Shown: piece after piece, positions 9,553-18,938 of the stretch | Position numbering within the stretch: the first letter of the stretch is position 1 | Layout: each line of letters opens with the position of its first letter | Assembly: GCA_963766735.1 (NCBI GenBank) | Contig: CAVYBU010000030.1 | Location: 192,001 to 256,000, forward strand | Direction of reading: 5' to 3' | Length of the DNA: 64,000 bases | Origin: an uncultured Chloroflexia bacterium | Lineage (GTDB): Bacteria > Chloroflexota > Limnocylindria > Limnocylindrales > CSP1-4 | Notes under the pieces: generated by a model | The model's input: the letters and a program-made list of their open reading frames with translations, nothing else | Told to the model about the DNA's origin: nothing | Databases searched by the model: none | Position numbers and translations under genes: made by a program

Positions 9553-11853
9553 CTAGAGGAGGCCCTTCGCCGCCGTGTAGATGTCCCCTGCGTTGGGGAG
9601 GAACGCCTTCTCCAGGCCCTCCGCCTGCGGGGAGATGCCGTTCTGGGCACCGATCCGGGCGACGGGGGCGTCGAGGTAGTCGAAGACCTCGCCCTGGATT
9701 CGCGCGACGATCTCGTTCACGAAGCTGCCCGACAGCACGGCCTGTGCCGCCACGACGCACCGCCCCGTCTTGCGGACGGAGGCGAGCACGGTGTCGATGT
9801 CGAGCGGGACGAGGCTCCGGATATCGATGACCTCGGCCGCCACGCCGTCCTCGTCTGCCAGCCGCGCGGCCGCCGCCAGGCAGTCCGCCACCGCGGGCCC
9901 CCAGCTGACCAGCGTCACGTCGGAACCCTCGCGGGCCACGCTGGCAACGCCGATCGGCACGAGGCTCTCGCCCTCGGGGACGATGCCCTTGGCCGTGTAC
10001 AGGCCCTGGCTCTCGACGAACATCACCGGGTTGCTGGTGCGGATCGCGGACTTCAGCAACCCCTTGGCATCGGCCGGATTGGACGGGTAGACGACGTAGA
10101 TGCCCGGGAGGTGCGTGAACAGGCTCTCCAGGGTCTGGCTGTGCTGCCCCCCGTAGCCCTTGCCGGCGCCGACAGAGGCCCGGATGACGAGCGGGACCTC
10201 CACCTGGCCGCCGCTCATGTAGTGCCACTTCGCGGCCTGGTTGGCGATCTGGTCCGACGCCATGAGCGCAAAGTCCATGTACATCAGCTCGACGACCGGC
10301 CGCAGGCCGACGATGGCGGCACCGACCGCCGTTCCGCAGATCGCGGCTTCGCTGATCGGCGTGTTGAAGACCCGATCCCGCCCGAAGGACTCGAGCAGGC
10401 CCTTGGTGAGCTTGAACGCGCCGCCGTACTCTGCGATGTCCTCGCCGTAGGTGATGACGCGGCGGTCGCGGACCATCTCCTCGATCATGGCCTCGCGGAG
10501 CGCGTCCTTGTAGCTGATCGCACCGTCGGGACCGCGCTTGGCCTCGGGGAGGGGAGCGAGGAGCTCCGCCGCCGTGTCCGCCGGGAGGTCGTCGGAGCTG
10601 CCGTCCGTGTACAGCAGGCGCAGCGCGTCGGACGGATCGGGATCCGTCGCGAGCGAGGCACGGACGGCCGCACGGGCGTTGCGCTCCTTCACGCGGGTCT
10701 CGACAGCAGCGACGCCAGCCTCGTCGGCGACGCCCGCCTCCAGGATCTGGGCCTTCAGGCGCTCGATCGGGTCGATCGCCCGCCAGGCAGCCTCCTCCTC
10801 GCGCGTCCGGTACTCGTTGCGCGGGTCGGACAGCGAGTGGCCGTAGTAGCGATAGGTGCTGGCCTCGATCAGCACCGGCCCCTGCCCGGTACGGCACAGC
10901 TCCACGGCGCGGCGGACCGCGTCCCGGACGGCCAGCACGTCCATGCCGTTGACCGTCTCGGCGTGCATCACGTTGTCCGCGAAGCCGGCGGCCCGCTGGG
11001 CCAGGTGGGCGACGCCCATGACCTCCTCGTCGGAGCGATGCGTCATGCCGTAGTGGTTGTTCTGGATGAAGTAGATGACCGGCAGGCCGTAGGGGTGATC
11101 GCCCGCCATGTGGTTGGTCCACTGCGCCTGCGCCGCCCAGTTGAGCGACTCGAGGACCACGCCGTTGGCATAGGCGCCGTCGCCCGCGAAGCAGCAGACG
11201 ACCCGGTCCGAGCGCTCGTAGCGGTGGGCCATCGCGGCACCGGTCGCGATCGGCACGCTTCCGCCCACGATGGCGTTGGCGCCGAGGTTGCCGGTGGAGA
11301 AGTCCCCGATGTGCATGCCGCCGCCGCGGCCCGCGCAGTAACCCTCCTCCTTGCCGAACAGCTCCGCGATCACGCGGTAGACATGCTGCTCGAGCGCAGC
11401 CTCGAGGAGCTCTTCGTGTGTCCCGCCGGCGCTGCCCGGAACCCGGGCGCGAAGCTGCTCGTCGTCCATGGTCCGGATGGAGGCGAAGCCCTTGGCGACG
11501 GCATCGCCGTGGCCGCGGTGGGAGCTGGTGACGTTGTCGTCGGTGCGGAGCATGCTGCAGGCGCCGACCGGGGAGGCTTCCTGTCCGATGGAGACGTGCG
11601 TCGGTCCGCGGTAGTCATAACCCGGGAGTGCGTCGTAGCCGCCCGACCGAAGCCGGACGATCATCTCCTCCACCTCGCGGATCGCGAGCATGTTGTCGAA
11701 CAGCTCCAGCGCCTCCGCAGGCGTGGTCGTGCCGGCCGCGATCTCGCTCGCCAGGCTGCCTGCATAGGTGAAGCCCCTGACAGTCCCCAGGGCCACCTCG
11801 AAAGGCTCCATGTCCGGGCGCACGTCGCTCTTGTAGGCCGTCTCGTTTGTCAC
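9553..11853 (-). CDS. fused E1 alpha/beta ThDP-dependent dehydrogenase (pyruvate/acetoin dehydrogenase family)
   Basis: GQEA, HRGHG, GRGGGMH, GDGA...NN and YRYYGHS, then beta-subunit GEDI, NTPISE and QHSQ; GTG start after GGAGGA. Confidence 0.9.
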   Translation of the reverse strand: MTNETAYKSDVRPDMEPFEVALGTVRGFTYAGSLASEIAAGTTTPAEALELFDNMLAIREVEEMIVRLRSGGYDALPGYDYRGPTHVSIGQEASPVGACSMLRTDDNVTSSHRGHGDAVAKGFASIRTMDDEQLRARVPGSAGGTHEELLEAALEQHVYRVIAELFGKEEGYCAGRGGGMHIGDFSTGNLGANAIVGGSVPIATGAAMAHRYERSDRVVCCFAGDGAYANGVVLESLNWAAQAQWTNHMAGDHPYGLPVIYFIQNNHYGMTHRSDEEVMGVAHLAQRAAGFADNVMHAETVNGMDVLAVRDAVRRAVELCRTGQGPVLIEASTYRYYGHSLSDPRNEYRTREEEAAWRAIDPIERLKAQILEAGVADEAGVAAVETRVKERNARAAVRASLATDPDPSDALRLLYTDGSSDDLPADTAAELLAPLPEAKRGPDGAISYKDALREAMIEEMVRDRRVITYGEDIAEYGGAFKLTKGLLESFGRDRVFNTPISEAAICGTAVGAAIVGLRPVVELMYMDFALMASDQIANQAAKWHYMSGGQVEVPLVIRASVGAGKGYGGQHSQTLESLFTHLPGIYVVYPSNPADAKGLLKSAIRTSNPVMFVESQGLYTAKGIVPEGESLVPIGVASVAREGSDVTLVSWGPAVADCLAAAARLADEDGVAAEVIDIRSLVPLDIDTVLASVRKTGRCVVAAQAVLSGSFVNEIVARIQGEVFDYLDAPVARIGAQNGISPQAEGLEKAFLPNAGDIYTAAKGLL

Positions 11854-11903
11854 CTGGTTCCTCCGGTCCGCCGTCGGGCGCCCGGGAGGAGTCCCGCCGC
11901 CGC

Positions 11904-12710
11904 TCATGCCTTGATCACGTTGATGCCAAGCCGCGCGAGGGTGCGCGCCGCCCGTTCGTCGATGCCCTCATCCGTCACCAGGATGTCCACCTGGTCCAGT
12001 CGCCCTGCGTTGACCAGGGAGCGCGTGCCGAGCTTGCCGCTGTCGGCCAGCAGGATCACCTCGCGCGCTCGCCCGATCACCAGTTCCTTGGTGTAGGCCT
12101 CGCCGGGATCCGTGGTCGTCATCCCGCCCTCCAGCGAGAACGCGAACGTGCCCATCAGCGCTCGGTCCACGTGGATGTCCTCGAGGAGTCGGCGGGTCAT
12201 GGGTCCGACCATCGCCTGGCTTCGCTCGCGCAGCTCGCCGCCGACCAGGATGAGCCGCGGCCCGCGCCCGAGCAGCTCGTTGGCCACGGGCAGGCTGTTG
12301 GTGACGACCGTGAGGCGATCCCAGCCATGGAGGAGCCGGGCGGCCGCGAGGACCGTGCTGCCGGAGTCCAGGTAGACGGTGTCGTCCGGGGCGAGGAGCC
12401 GCACGGCACGGTCGGCGATCCGCGCCTTCTGGGCGGCGGCGGCCTCGGCCTTGACGTCGAAGTGCGGCTCGTCCAGGCGACCGTCCATGGCGACGGCCCC
12501 GCCGTGCACGCGACGGAGGCGCCCGCCCGCCGCCAGCTCGTTGAGGTCCCGGCGGACCGTGGCCGGGGAGACGCCCAGGGTGGCGCTGAGCTCCTCGAGA
12601 CGGACTGCCCGACGCGTGTCCACGATGGCTCCGAGGCGCTCGCGGCGGGCTGCCGCGAGGTCGTGCGTCGGGGCAGGTGCAGCCGAATCGCTCACGTTTG
12701 GCAACGACAT
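11904..12710 (-). CDS. DeoR/GlpR family transcriptional regulator
   Basis: VSPATVRRDL..L.RVHGGA; LDSGST; VTNS; LADSGK. Confidence 0.93.
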   Translation of the reverse strand: MSLPNVSDSAAPAPTHDLAAARRERLGAIVDTRRAVRLEELSATLGVSPATVRRDLNELAAGGRLRRVHGGAVAMDGRLDEPHFDVKAEAAAAQKARIADRAVRLLAPDDTVYLDSGSTVLAAARLLHGWDRLTVVTNSLPVANELLGRGPRLILVGGELRERSQAMVGPMTRRLLEDIHVDRALMGTFAFSLEGGMTTTDPGEAYTKELVIGRAREVILLADSGKLGTRSLVNAGRLDQVDILVTDEGIDERAARTLARLGINVIKA

Positions 12711-12847
12711 GAGCAGATACTAGCACAATCGTGCATGATCGATCACATCTGGCGGAGCGGTCTCGCGGGGGCCATGCGGCGAGCGGGTCACCTTCTCGCG
12801 TGGGCGTGAGCGGTAGACTCTGGCCTATCGGACCCACTGGAGCCCCC

Positions 12848-13516
12848 ATGCCCGAAGACCGTGCCATCTCGCGCAGTGTCCTGGCCGATCAGGTCAAGGA
12901 CCGCCTGCTGCAGGGCATCCTTTCGGGCCGCTATCCACCCGACTCACGGATCGTGGAAACGCGGGTAGCACGCGAGCTGGGCACCAGCCAGGCGCCCGTC
13001 AGGGAGGCCCTCCGGGGTCTCGAGGCACTGGGCGTCGTCGAGATCCTGCCCTTCCGTGGCGCGCGCGTCCGGAGCCCAAGCCTCCAGGAGCTGCTGGAAG
13101 CCTATGCGGTGCGCTCGGCGCTGGAGTCACTCGGCGCGCGGCTGGGGATCCAGCGCATGACGGATGCGGACCTCGCGGAACTGGAGACGCTGCACGAGGC
13201 GATGCAGCAGGCCGCGAAGATCGGGGACCGACACGAGGTCGCGGTTCACGACGCGGCGTTCCACGCGCGGCTCCTTGCCCTCGCGGGCAACCGGACGCTG
13301 GAGAGCGTGTGGAGATCGCTCGAGCCCTTCTCGCGGACCTACATCACGCTCGTCGCGCCGGGTGCGGACGCCCGATGGACCGCGGACCTGCACCCGCGCA
13401 TCCTGGCGGCCGTGCGCTCGCGGGATCCGGAAGCCGTGGTCGCGGCGCTGCGGCACCACTTTGACGAGGCCTCCGCCCACCTGGCCGAGGGCTGGCAGAC
13501 GGAGCCCACCAGCCGA
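12848..13516 (+). CDS. GntR (FCD) family regulator; no stop codon at the expected end, frame stays open to 14629
   Basis: GTSQAPVREAL HTH; DAAFH and H...HF FCD motifs; paralog of 34979..35683. The end shown is an inferred domain end at a CGA codon. Confidence 0.8.
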
Positions 13517-13591
13517 TGGCCGCCGGTCGCGCGCCGCTGCGGGACGGGTGCTGCGGGACGGGTCACGCTGCCGGGAGCAACCGAGACCCTC

Positions 13592-14536
13592 TCAGGCGCG
13601 ACCCAGGATCGCGAGCACCTGTTCCGCGACCCGCGACGCCGACAGCCCGTAGATGTCCAGCAGCGCGTCGTTCGGGCCCGACTGGACGTAGGTGTCCTGG
13701 AGCCCGATCCGGTTGAGCTGCGTCGGGCGAAGCTCGCCCAGCACCTCGGCCACGGCGCCGCCCAGCCCACCGAGCACCGTGTGCTCCTCGACGGTGATCA
13801 CGCGGCCGGTCCGCTCCGCGGCGTCCACGATCGCCTCCGTGTCGAGGGGCTTGACCGTCGGCACGTGGAGGACGTGGGCGTCCACGCCCCGGGCCGCCAG
13901 CAGCTCGGCAGCCTCCACCACGCGCGGGGTCTGGGTACCCGTCCCGATCAGCGTGACGTCGCGCCCCTCGCGGACCACCACGGCCTTGCCGAACGCGAAG
14001 CGGTAGCTCGCGTCGAACAGCCGGGCGGTGCCGTCGCGCACGAGGCGCACGTAGCAGGGTCCCTGGTAGGCCGCGGCCCAGCGGAGGACCAGGTCGGCCT
14101 CCACGTCGTCCGCCGGCGCCACCGAGACCATGCCCGGCATCGCCCGCATGATCGCGAGGTCGTCCACGATGATGTGGCTCATCCCCGTCTGGCCCGTGAA
14201 CATCCCGGCATACCCGGGCGTGATCTTCACGTTCGCGCCCGTCTGGGCGATCAGCACCCGGATCTGGTCCAGCGGCCGGACCACCGCGAACGAGACGAAC
14301 GTGCTGATGAACGGGATGAGGCCCATGGTGGACAGCCCCGCGGCCACGCCCAGCATGTTCTGCTCGGCGATGCCCATCTGCAGGTAGCGGTCCGGGTGGG
14401 CCTTCTCGAAGATGTCGGCCCGCGTGGACGAGCCCACGTCGCCATCCAGCATCACGATCCGCGGGTCCTCGGTGGCCAGCGCCGCCACGGTCTCGCCGAA
14501 GATCTCCCGCATCGGGCGGCCAATCGGCAGCGTCAT
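13592..14536 (-). CDS. transketolase C-terminal (pyrimidine-binding) subunit, split type
   Basis: MGIAEQNM, GQTGMSH, EEHTVLGGLG; ATGA overlap with the N-terminal subunit. Confidence 0.92.
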   Translation of the reverse strand: MTLPIGRPMREIFGETVAALATEDPRIVMLDGDVGSSTRADIFEKAHPDRYLQMGIAEQNMLGVAAGLSTMGLIPFISTFVSFAVVRPLDQIRVLIAQTGANVKITPGYAGMFTGQTGMSHIIVDDLAIMRAMPGMVSVAPADDVEADLVLRWAAAYQGPCYVRLVRDGTARLFDASYRFAFGKAVVVREGRDVTLIGTGTQTPRVVEAAELLAARGVDAHVLHVPTVKPLDTEAIVDAAERTGRVITVEEHTVLGGLGGAVAEVLGELRPTQLNRIGLQDTYVQSGPNDALLDIYGLSASRVAEQVLAILGRA

Positions 14537-15411
14537 CGTCCGGCCCCTTCCGCGGTAGCGGGCTCGCCCAGCTCGGCCATGGCCAGCTCGTACTCCTCGG
14601 GCTTGATCGCCCGCGTATGCCAGAAGTAGCGGCCCTCCATGAAGGAGACGCCCTTGCCCTTCACCGTGTGCGCGATGATCGCGGTCGGGCGACCATCTCC
14701 CTGCTCGGCCTCGCGCAGAACGCCGACGATGGCGGGCATGTCGTGCCCGTCCAGCTCCAGGACCCGCCAACCGAAGGCGGCCCACTTGGCAGCCAGCTCT
14801 CCCGGTACCTGGGGCGCGATGCGCCCGTCGGGTCCGTCGCCCGGCCAGCCGTACTGCTGGAGCTTGTTGTGGTCGACGATGGCCACCAGGTTGTCCAGCC
14901 CGTAGCGCTGGGCGGCCATGGCGGCCTCCCAGACTTCGCCCTCCTGGCATTCGCCGTCGCCCAGCATCACCCACGCCCGGACGTCCCTGCCCGTGAGCCG
15001 CGCGCCGAGAGCCATGCCCATGGCGGCGGAGATCCCCATGCCCAGCGACCCGGTGGACATGTCGAGGCCGGGCAGCCGGGTCATGTCCGGATGGCCCTGG
15101 AGCCGTGAGTGGGCGCCGTCGAACGTGAGCAGCTCCTCCACGGGGAAGTAGCCCCGCAGCGCCATCGCCGCATACAGCGCGATGGACGAGTGGCCCTTGG
15201 ACAGGATGAAGCGGTCCCGGTCGGGCCAGGCGGGATCGTCCGGCCGGATACGCAGCTCGTGGAAGTAGAGGGCAGCCAGGATGTCGGCGGCGGAGAGGGG
15301 ACCGCCGAGGTGGCCCGCGCGGGCGTAGTAGACGCTGCGGATGATCTCGACGCGGATGTTGCGAGCCACCTCCTCGAGACGCGCGATCCCGGCGGTGTCC
15401 AACGTGCTCAC
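14533..15411 (-). CDS. transketolase N-terminal (ThDP-binding) subunit, split type
   Basis: GHLGG, DRFILSKGH, LQGHP, STGSLG, GDGECQEG..WEA and TVKGKG. Confidence 0.93.
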   Translation of the reverse strand: MSTLDTAGIARLEEVARNIRVEIIRSVYYARAGHLGGPLSAADILAALYFHELRIRPDDPAWPDRDRFILSKGHSSIALYAAMALRGYFPVEELLTFDGAHSRLQGHPDMTRLPGLDMSTGSLGMGISAAMGMALGARLTGRDVRAWVMLGDGECQEGEVWEAAMAAQRYGLDNLVAIVDHNKLQQYGWPGDGPDGRIAPQVPGELAAKWAAFGWRVLELDGHDMPAIVGVLREAEQGDGRPTAIIAHTVKGKGVSFMEGRYFWHTRAIKPEEYELAMAELGEPATAEGAGR

Positions 15412-15776
15412 TGGGGGTCCTTCCTCTCGTAGGAACCGGAGACCACCGGGGGCGAGAACAGGCACAGGAGCTCCAGCGGCTCCGGGCCGTCCGCCTCGGT
15501 CGCGTGGAAGGTGCCGGGCGGCACGTGCACCACCACGCCGGGCTCAACCTCCGCCACGCCGTCCGAGGTCACGATCCGGCCGCGGCCCGCCGTGCAGTAG
15601 ATCGTCTCCTCCTCGGCGGGATGGACGTGGCCGGTGGGCTTCGAGCCGGCGGGGTAGACGGAGACGCCCATCGAGACCTGGCGGGCGTCGCTGTTGTGGG
15701 GCCCGAAGTACGAGTGCCATACCCGGCCGGGAAGCGGAAACTGCTCCGCCTCGTTGCGTGCGACCCGCTTGATCAT
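15408..15776 (-). CDS. cupin domain protein
   Basis: HVH...EE and PPGTFH cupin motifs; GTGA overlap with the transketolase gene. Confidence 0.85.
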   Translation of the reverse strand: MIKRVARNEAEQFPLPGRVWHSYFGPHNSDARQVSMGVSVYPAGSKPTGHVHPAEEETIYCTAGRGRIVTSDGVAEVEPGVVVHVPPGTFHATEADGPEPLELLCLFSPPVVSGSYERKDPQ

Positions 15777-15818
15777 CGAGGTACCTCACCGTCGGACGGC
15801 AGGCGCCGTCTCGGACAC

Positions 15819-15861
15819 ATAATCGATTATCGACGATACGCGCCCCGGCGCCGGCGGTCAA
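15819..15861 (-). promoter_or_regulatory. promoter plus island operator (site 1)
   Basis: Minus strand TTGACC (15861-15856), 17 bp, TATCGT (15838-15833), running into TCGATAATCGATTAT (15833-15819). Confidence 0.65.
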
Positions 15862-15917
15862 GGCCGCGACGGGGCGTAGTGAGCCCGCCGCCCGGCGGGG
15901 GAGGCGCAAGCGGGCAC

Positions 15918-15958
15918 GAAAAGGGGGTCCTCCGCCGCATGGCGGGAGGACCCCCTTC
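15918..15958 (-). terminator. intrinsic terminator after the ABC substrate-binding protein gene
   Basis: Hairpin AAGGGGGTCCTCC-GCC-gcat-GGC-GGGAGGACCCCCTT followed by TTTT on the minus strand. Confidence 0.75.
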
Positions 15959-15989
15959 GACTGGCGTCAGACGAGCTGGCGCCGGGCTA

Positions 15990-17393
15990 CTACCACTGGC
16001 ACTTGTTGGGAGGAGTCTCCGGGTCGCACGTCGCGACGGACTTGATCTGGTCGAGGATCTCCAAGCCCTTCGCGGCGTCGAGGAGGACGGCCTCGCCCGC
16101 CGTGCCGTCCGCGTTGAACGGCGTGTAGGAGGGGTTGACGGCGTTCACGCCCCCATCGGTGTAGAGGCCGGGACCGGTGATGCCGTCGTAGTCGATGTCC
16201 GTGCCCGCGCGGATGAGGGCCAGGCAATCGGCGTACGTGTAGCACTTCTCGCCATCTTCGCCGACCGCATGCATGGCCGGAGCCCAGGCACTCGCCTTGT
16301 ACGACCCGGCGGCTTCGACGGCAAGCGCCGTCTGGATCATCACGTCGTACGTGGAGAAGTGGTACTGGTCCTCGGCGCCGCCGAACTTGTCGCCGTTCAC
16401 CTGGTCCCACAGCGGCTGGTAGAACGCCCACGCGGCGGTGGAGGTGTCGGGCGAGAAGGCCGCGAAGCCGATGCCCTTCTGGGAAGCGATGGGCGCGGTG
16501 CCCAGCGTGTTGATGAACTCCTGCAGGACCCAGCCGGTCTCGCCGATCCAGTTGAGCGACAGGCCGGCCTCATCCGCCTGCTTGATCAGCGTGGCCGATT
16601 CCACCGAACCCGCCTGGACGATGACGGCGTCCGGCTTCAGGTCGGCGATCTTCTGGGCTTCTGCCCGGTAGGACGGCTGCTCGGCCGGGCTGTCGATGCG
16701 GGCCATTACTTCGAGCCCAAGTGCCTCGGCAGCCTTCTCGGCCGCGTCGGCTGCCAGCTGGAAGCCTTCGACCTGGGTGGCGAAGACCACGATCTTCTTG
16801 GCACCGATCGACTCCGCGTACAGGCTCCCGGACGTGCCCAGGGCCTCGTCGAGACCCTGTGCCCGGAAGATCGGCTCCGCGGCCTTGCCGCCCAGGTTGC
16901 CCGGGATCGCGCCGCCGTGGACGGACGGCCCGAGCGGCGAATCGTTCTCGGTCCACCAGTCCATCATGTAGTCGCGGTAGGTGCGGTACCCGTGGGCGAT
17001 GCTGACCACGATCTCGGCGCCGCGCTGCTCGAGGCAGGCCCGGGCCGCCTGGGCCTCACCGACCGTGCCGAGGTCCTCGTGGTACAGCTCCCACGTGCGG
17101 CCCAGCGGCGGGTCGAGGTTGATGACCTCGTTGACCGGGAAGACGACGTCGTTGGTGAGCGATTCACCGTACGCCGCGAATTCGCCCGTGTAGTAGGCCA
17201 GCTCGCAGACCGCTACCGGCCCGGTCTCGGCGGGCGGTGCGTCGGTGGCTGCGGGCGGTGCGTCGGTGGCTGCGGGCGGCGCGGCGGTGTCGCCGGGTGC
17301 CGCTGTGGATGATGCGCCGCCGCACGCGGCGACGAGCAGGGCGAACACCATGATGAAGACCACGGCGCGACCCGACTTGATCCTGTCGACCAT
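15990..17393 (-). CDS. ABC transporter substrate-binding lipoprotein (Liv/HAAT type)
   Basis: Lipobox VAAC-G; APPAATD repeat linker; last gene of a livH/M/G/F-type operon. Confidence 0.85.
   Translation of the reverse strand: MVDRIKSGRAVVFIMVFALLVAACGGASSTAAPGDTAAPPAATDAPPAATDAPPAETGPVAVCELAYYTGEFAAYGESLTNDVVFPVNEVINLDPPLGRTWELYHEDLGTVGEAQAARACLEQRGAEIVVSIAHGYRTYRDYMMDWWTENDSPLGPSVHGGAIPGNLGGKAAEPIFRAQGLDEALGTSGSLYAESIGAKKIVVFATQVEGFQLAADAAEKAAEALGLEVMARIDSPAEQPSYRAEAQKIADLKPDAVIVQAGSVESATLIKQADEAGLSLNWIGETGWVLQEFINTLGTAPIASQKGIGFAAFSPDTSTAAWAFYQPLWDQVNGDKFGGAEDQYHFSTYDVMIQTALAVEAAGSYKASAWAPAMHAVGEDGEKCYTYADCLALIRAGTDIDYDGITGPGLYTDGGVNAVNPSYTPFNADGTAGEAVLLDAAKGLEILDQIKSVATCDPETPPNKCQW
17230..17280 (-). 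repeat. 21-bp in-frame tandem repeat (APPAATD linker)
   Basis: gcgggcggtgcgtcggtggct x2 plus a partial copy. Confidence 0.8.
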
Positions 17394-17437
17394 TCTGATT
17401 CTCTCCTCCTGCTTCGGGACACCCTTGGAATTGGGGG

Positions 17438-18154
17438 TCAGATCCGGTATCCCTCCTTGAGCTGCTGGGTCGTCAGTTGGGCGGCGTCCATCACTGCGAA
17501 CGCCTCGCCCAGGCTCAGGACCATCACCCGGTCGGCGACCTGGAGAGCCTTGGTGGCGTTCTGCTCGGCGAGGATGATGGCGACGCCCCTGGTCTGGTGG
17601 ATCTCCTTGATCTTGTCGAAGAACATGTCGACGTAGAGCGGGGAGAGGCCCGCCGTCGGCTCGTCGAGGAGCAGCACCTTGGGGTCCTGCATGAGGGCCC
17701 GCCCGCAGGCCACCATGCGCGACTCGCCGCCGCTGAGCGTTCCCGCCTGCTGGGCCTGCTGGTCCTTGAGCGACGGGAAGAGGTCGAACACCTCCGCCAG
17801 CCGCTCGTCGCGAGACCGGCTGCCGATCATCCCCCCGACCTGGAGGTTCTCCAGGACGGTGAGCTTGGCAAAGGTGCCCTTCTCCTGGGGCACGTAGCCG
17901 ATTCCCCGCCCGGCGGTCTCGTACGGCGGCAGGGCGGACACGTCCTCCCCCTGGAACCTGATCTTCCCGGCCATGAGCGGGATGAGACGCGCCAGGGTTG
18001 CCAGCAGGGTGGTCTTGCCCGCGCCGTTGGCGCCCAGCACGGCGAAGACCTCGTTGCCGACCGAGAAGTCGAGCCCCTTGAGGACGGTGACCCCGTGGTA
18101 GCCGCTGCGCAGGCCTTCGACCTCGAGAGAGACGGAGACGGCCCCGTTAGACAT
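17438..18154 (-). CDS. ABC transporter ATP-binding protein (LivF-like)
   Basis: GANGAGKT, LSGGE, LLLDEP, AEQN. Confidence 0.92.
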   Translation of the reverse strand: MSNGAVSVSLEVEGLRSGYHGVTVLKGLDFSVGNEVFAVLGANGAGKTTLLATLARLIPLMAGKIRFQGEDVSALPPYETAGRGIGYVPQEKGTFAKLTVLENLQVGGMIGSRSRDERLAEVFDLFPSLKDQQAQQAGTLSGGESRMVACGRALMQDPKVLLLDEPTAGLSPLYVDMFFDKIKEIHQTRGVAIILAEQNATKALQVADRVMVLSLGEAFAVMDAAQLTTQQLKEGYRI

Positions 18155-18938
18155 GGCCCTCTCCCAGGTAGTTCTCGACCACGGTCCGGTTCTCGCGGAT
18201 CATCTGCGGGTCACCCTTCAGGACCACGTTGCCCTCGGCCATGAAGTTGACCTCGTCGCACAGGCCCCAGATGACGTTGAGGTCGTGCTCCACGATCACC
18301 ACCGAGGTGCCCGCGGCCGCGAGGTCCCTGACCACGCTCATCACCTTCTCGGTCAGGTCATCGGGAAGACCGGCCGTCGGTTCGTCGAGCAGGAGGAACG
18401 TGGGTCGGAGGAGCAGACAGCGAATGATGTCGAGGAGCTTCTTCTCGCCGGCCGACATCGCGAACGTGGTGGGATCGGCGAAGCCGAAGTAGTCCAGGTA
18501 GTGGCGGATCTCGTCTTCGTGCTGCCTGAAAACGGTTCGCTCGCTGAAGATCCGAGCCGGCTGCTCGTACCTGGCCTCGGCCACGGCGAGCAGGAGCGAG
18601 TCCCAGATGGTGAGCTTGTCGAAGTCCATGATCACCTGGTTGGACTTCACGACGCCGAAGCGCGCCATCCTGCTGGCGGGCAGGCTGGAGAGCATGACCT
18701 CGGCGCCGCCCGGGCGCACGAGGGAGACCGTGCCGCTGTCGAGCGGGGTGGAGTGCATGATCATCCGCATCAGCGTCGTCTTGCCGGCCCCGTTGGGTCC
18801 GATCAGCCCCTCGATCGGCTTGTCGCCCAGGACGAGGTCGTCGACGTTCACCACGACGCGACCGGAGAAGCTCTTGACGGCCCCCTGGACGCGGATCTGG
18901 GGACGGCTCACGGCCTTGGCCCCGGCATCAGCGACCAT
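18147..18938 (-). CDS. ABC transporter ATP-binding protein (LivG-like)
   Basis: GPNGAGKT, LLLDEPTAG, VEHD, YLG. Confidence 0.9.
   Translation of the reverse strand: MVADAGAKAVSRPQIRVQGAVKSFSGRVVVNVDDLVLGDKPIEGLIGPNGAGKTTLMRMIMHSTPLDSGTVSLVRPGGAEVMLSSLPASRMARFGVVKSNQVIMDFDKLTIWDSLLLAVAEARYEQPARIFSERTVFRQHEDEIRHYLDYFGFADPTTFAMSAGEKKLLDIIRCLLLRPTFLLLDEPTAGLPDDLTEKVMSVVRDLAAAGTSVVIVEHDLNVIWGLCDEVNFMAEGNVVLKGDPQMIRENRTVVENYLGEGHV

Noticed and set aside
953-12096. Very long ORFs 953..3892 (-) and 8326..12096 (+), and similar R/G/P-rich ORFs throughout the window
   Set aside because: Shadow or antisense frames of well-supported genes in high-GC DNA, with no motifs.
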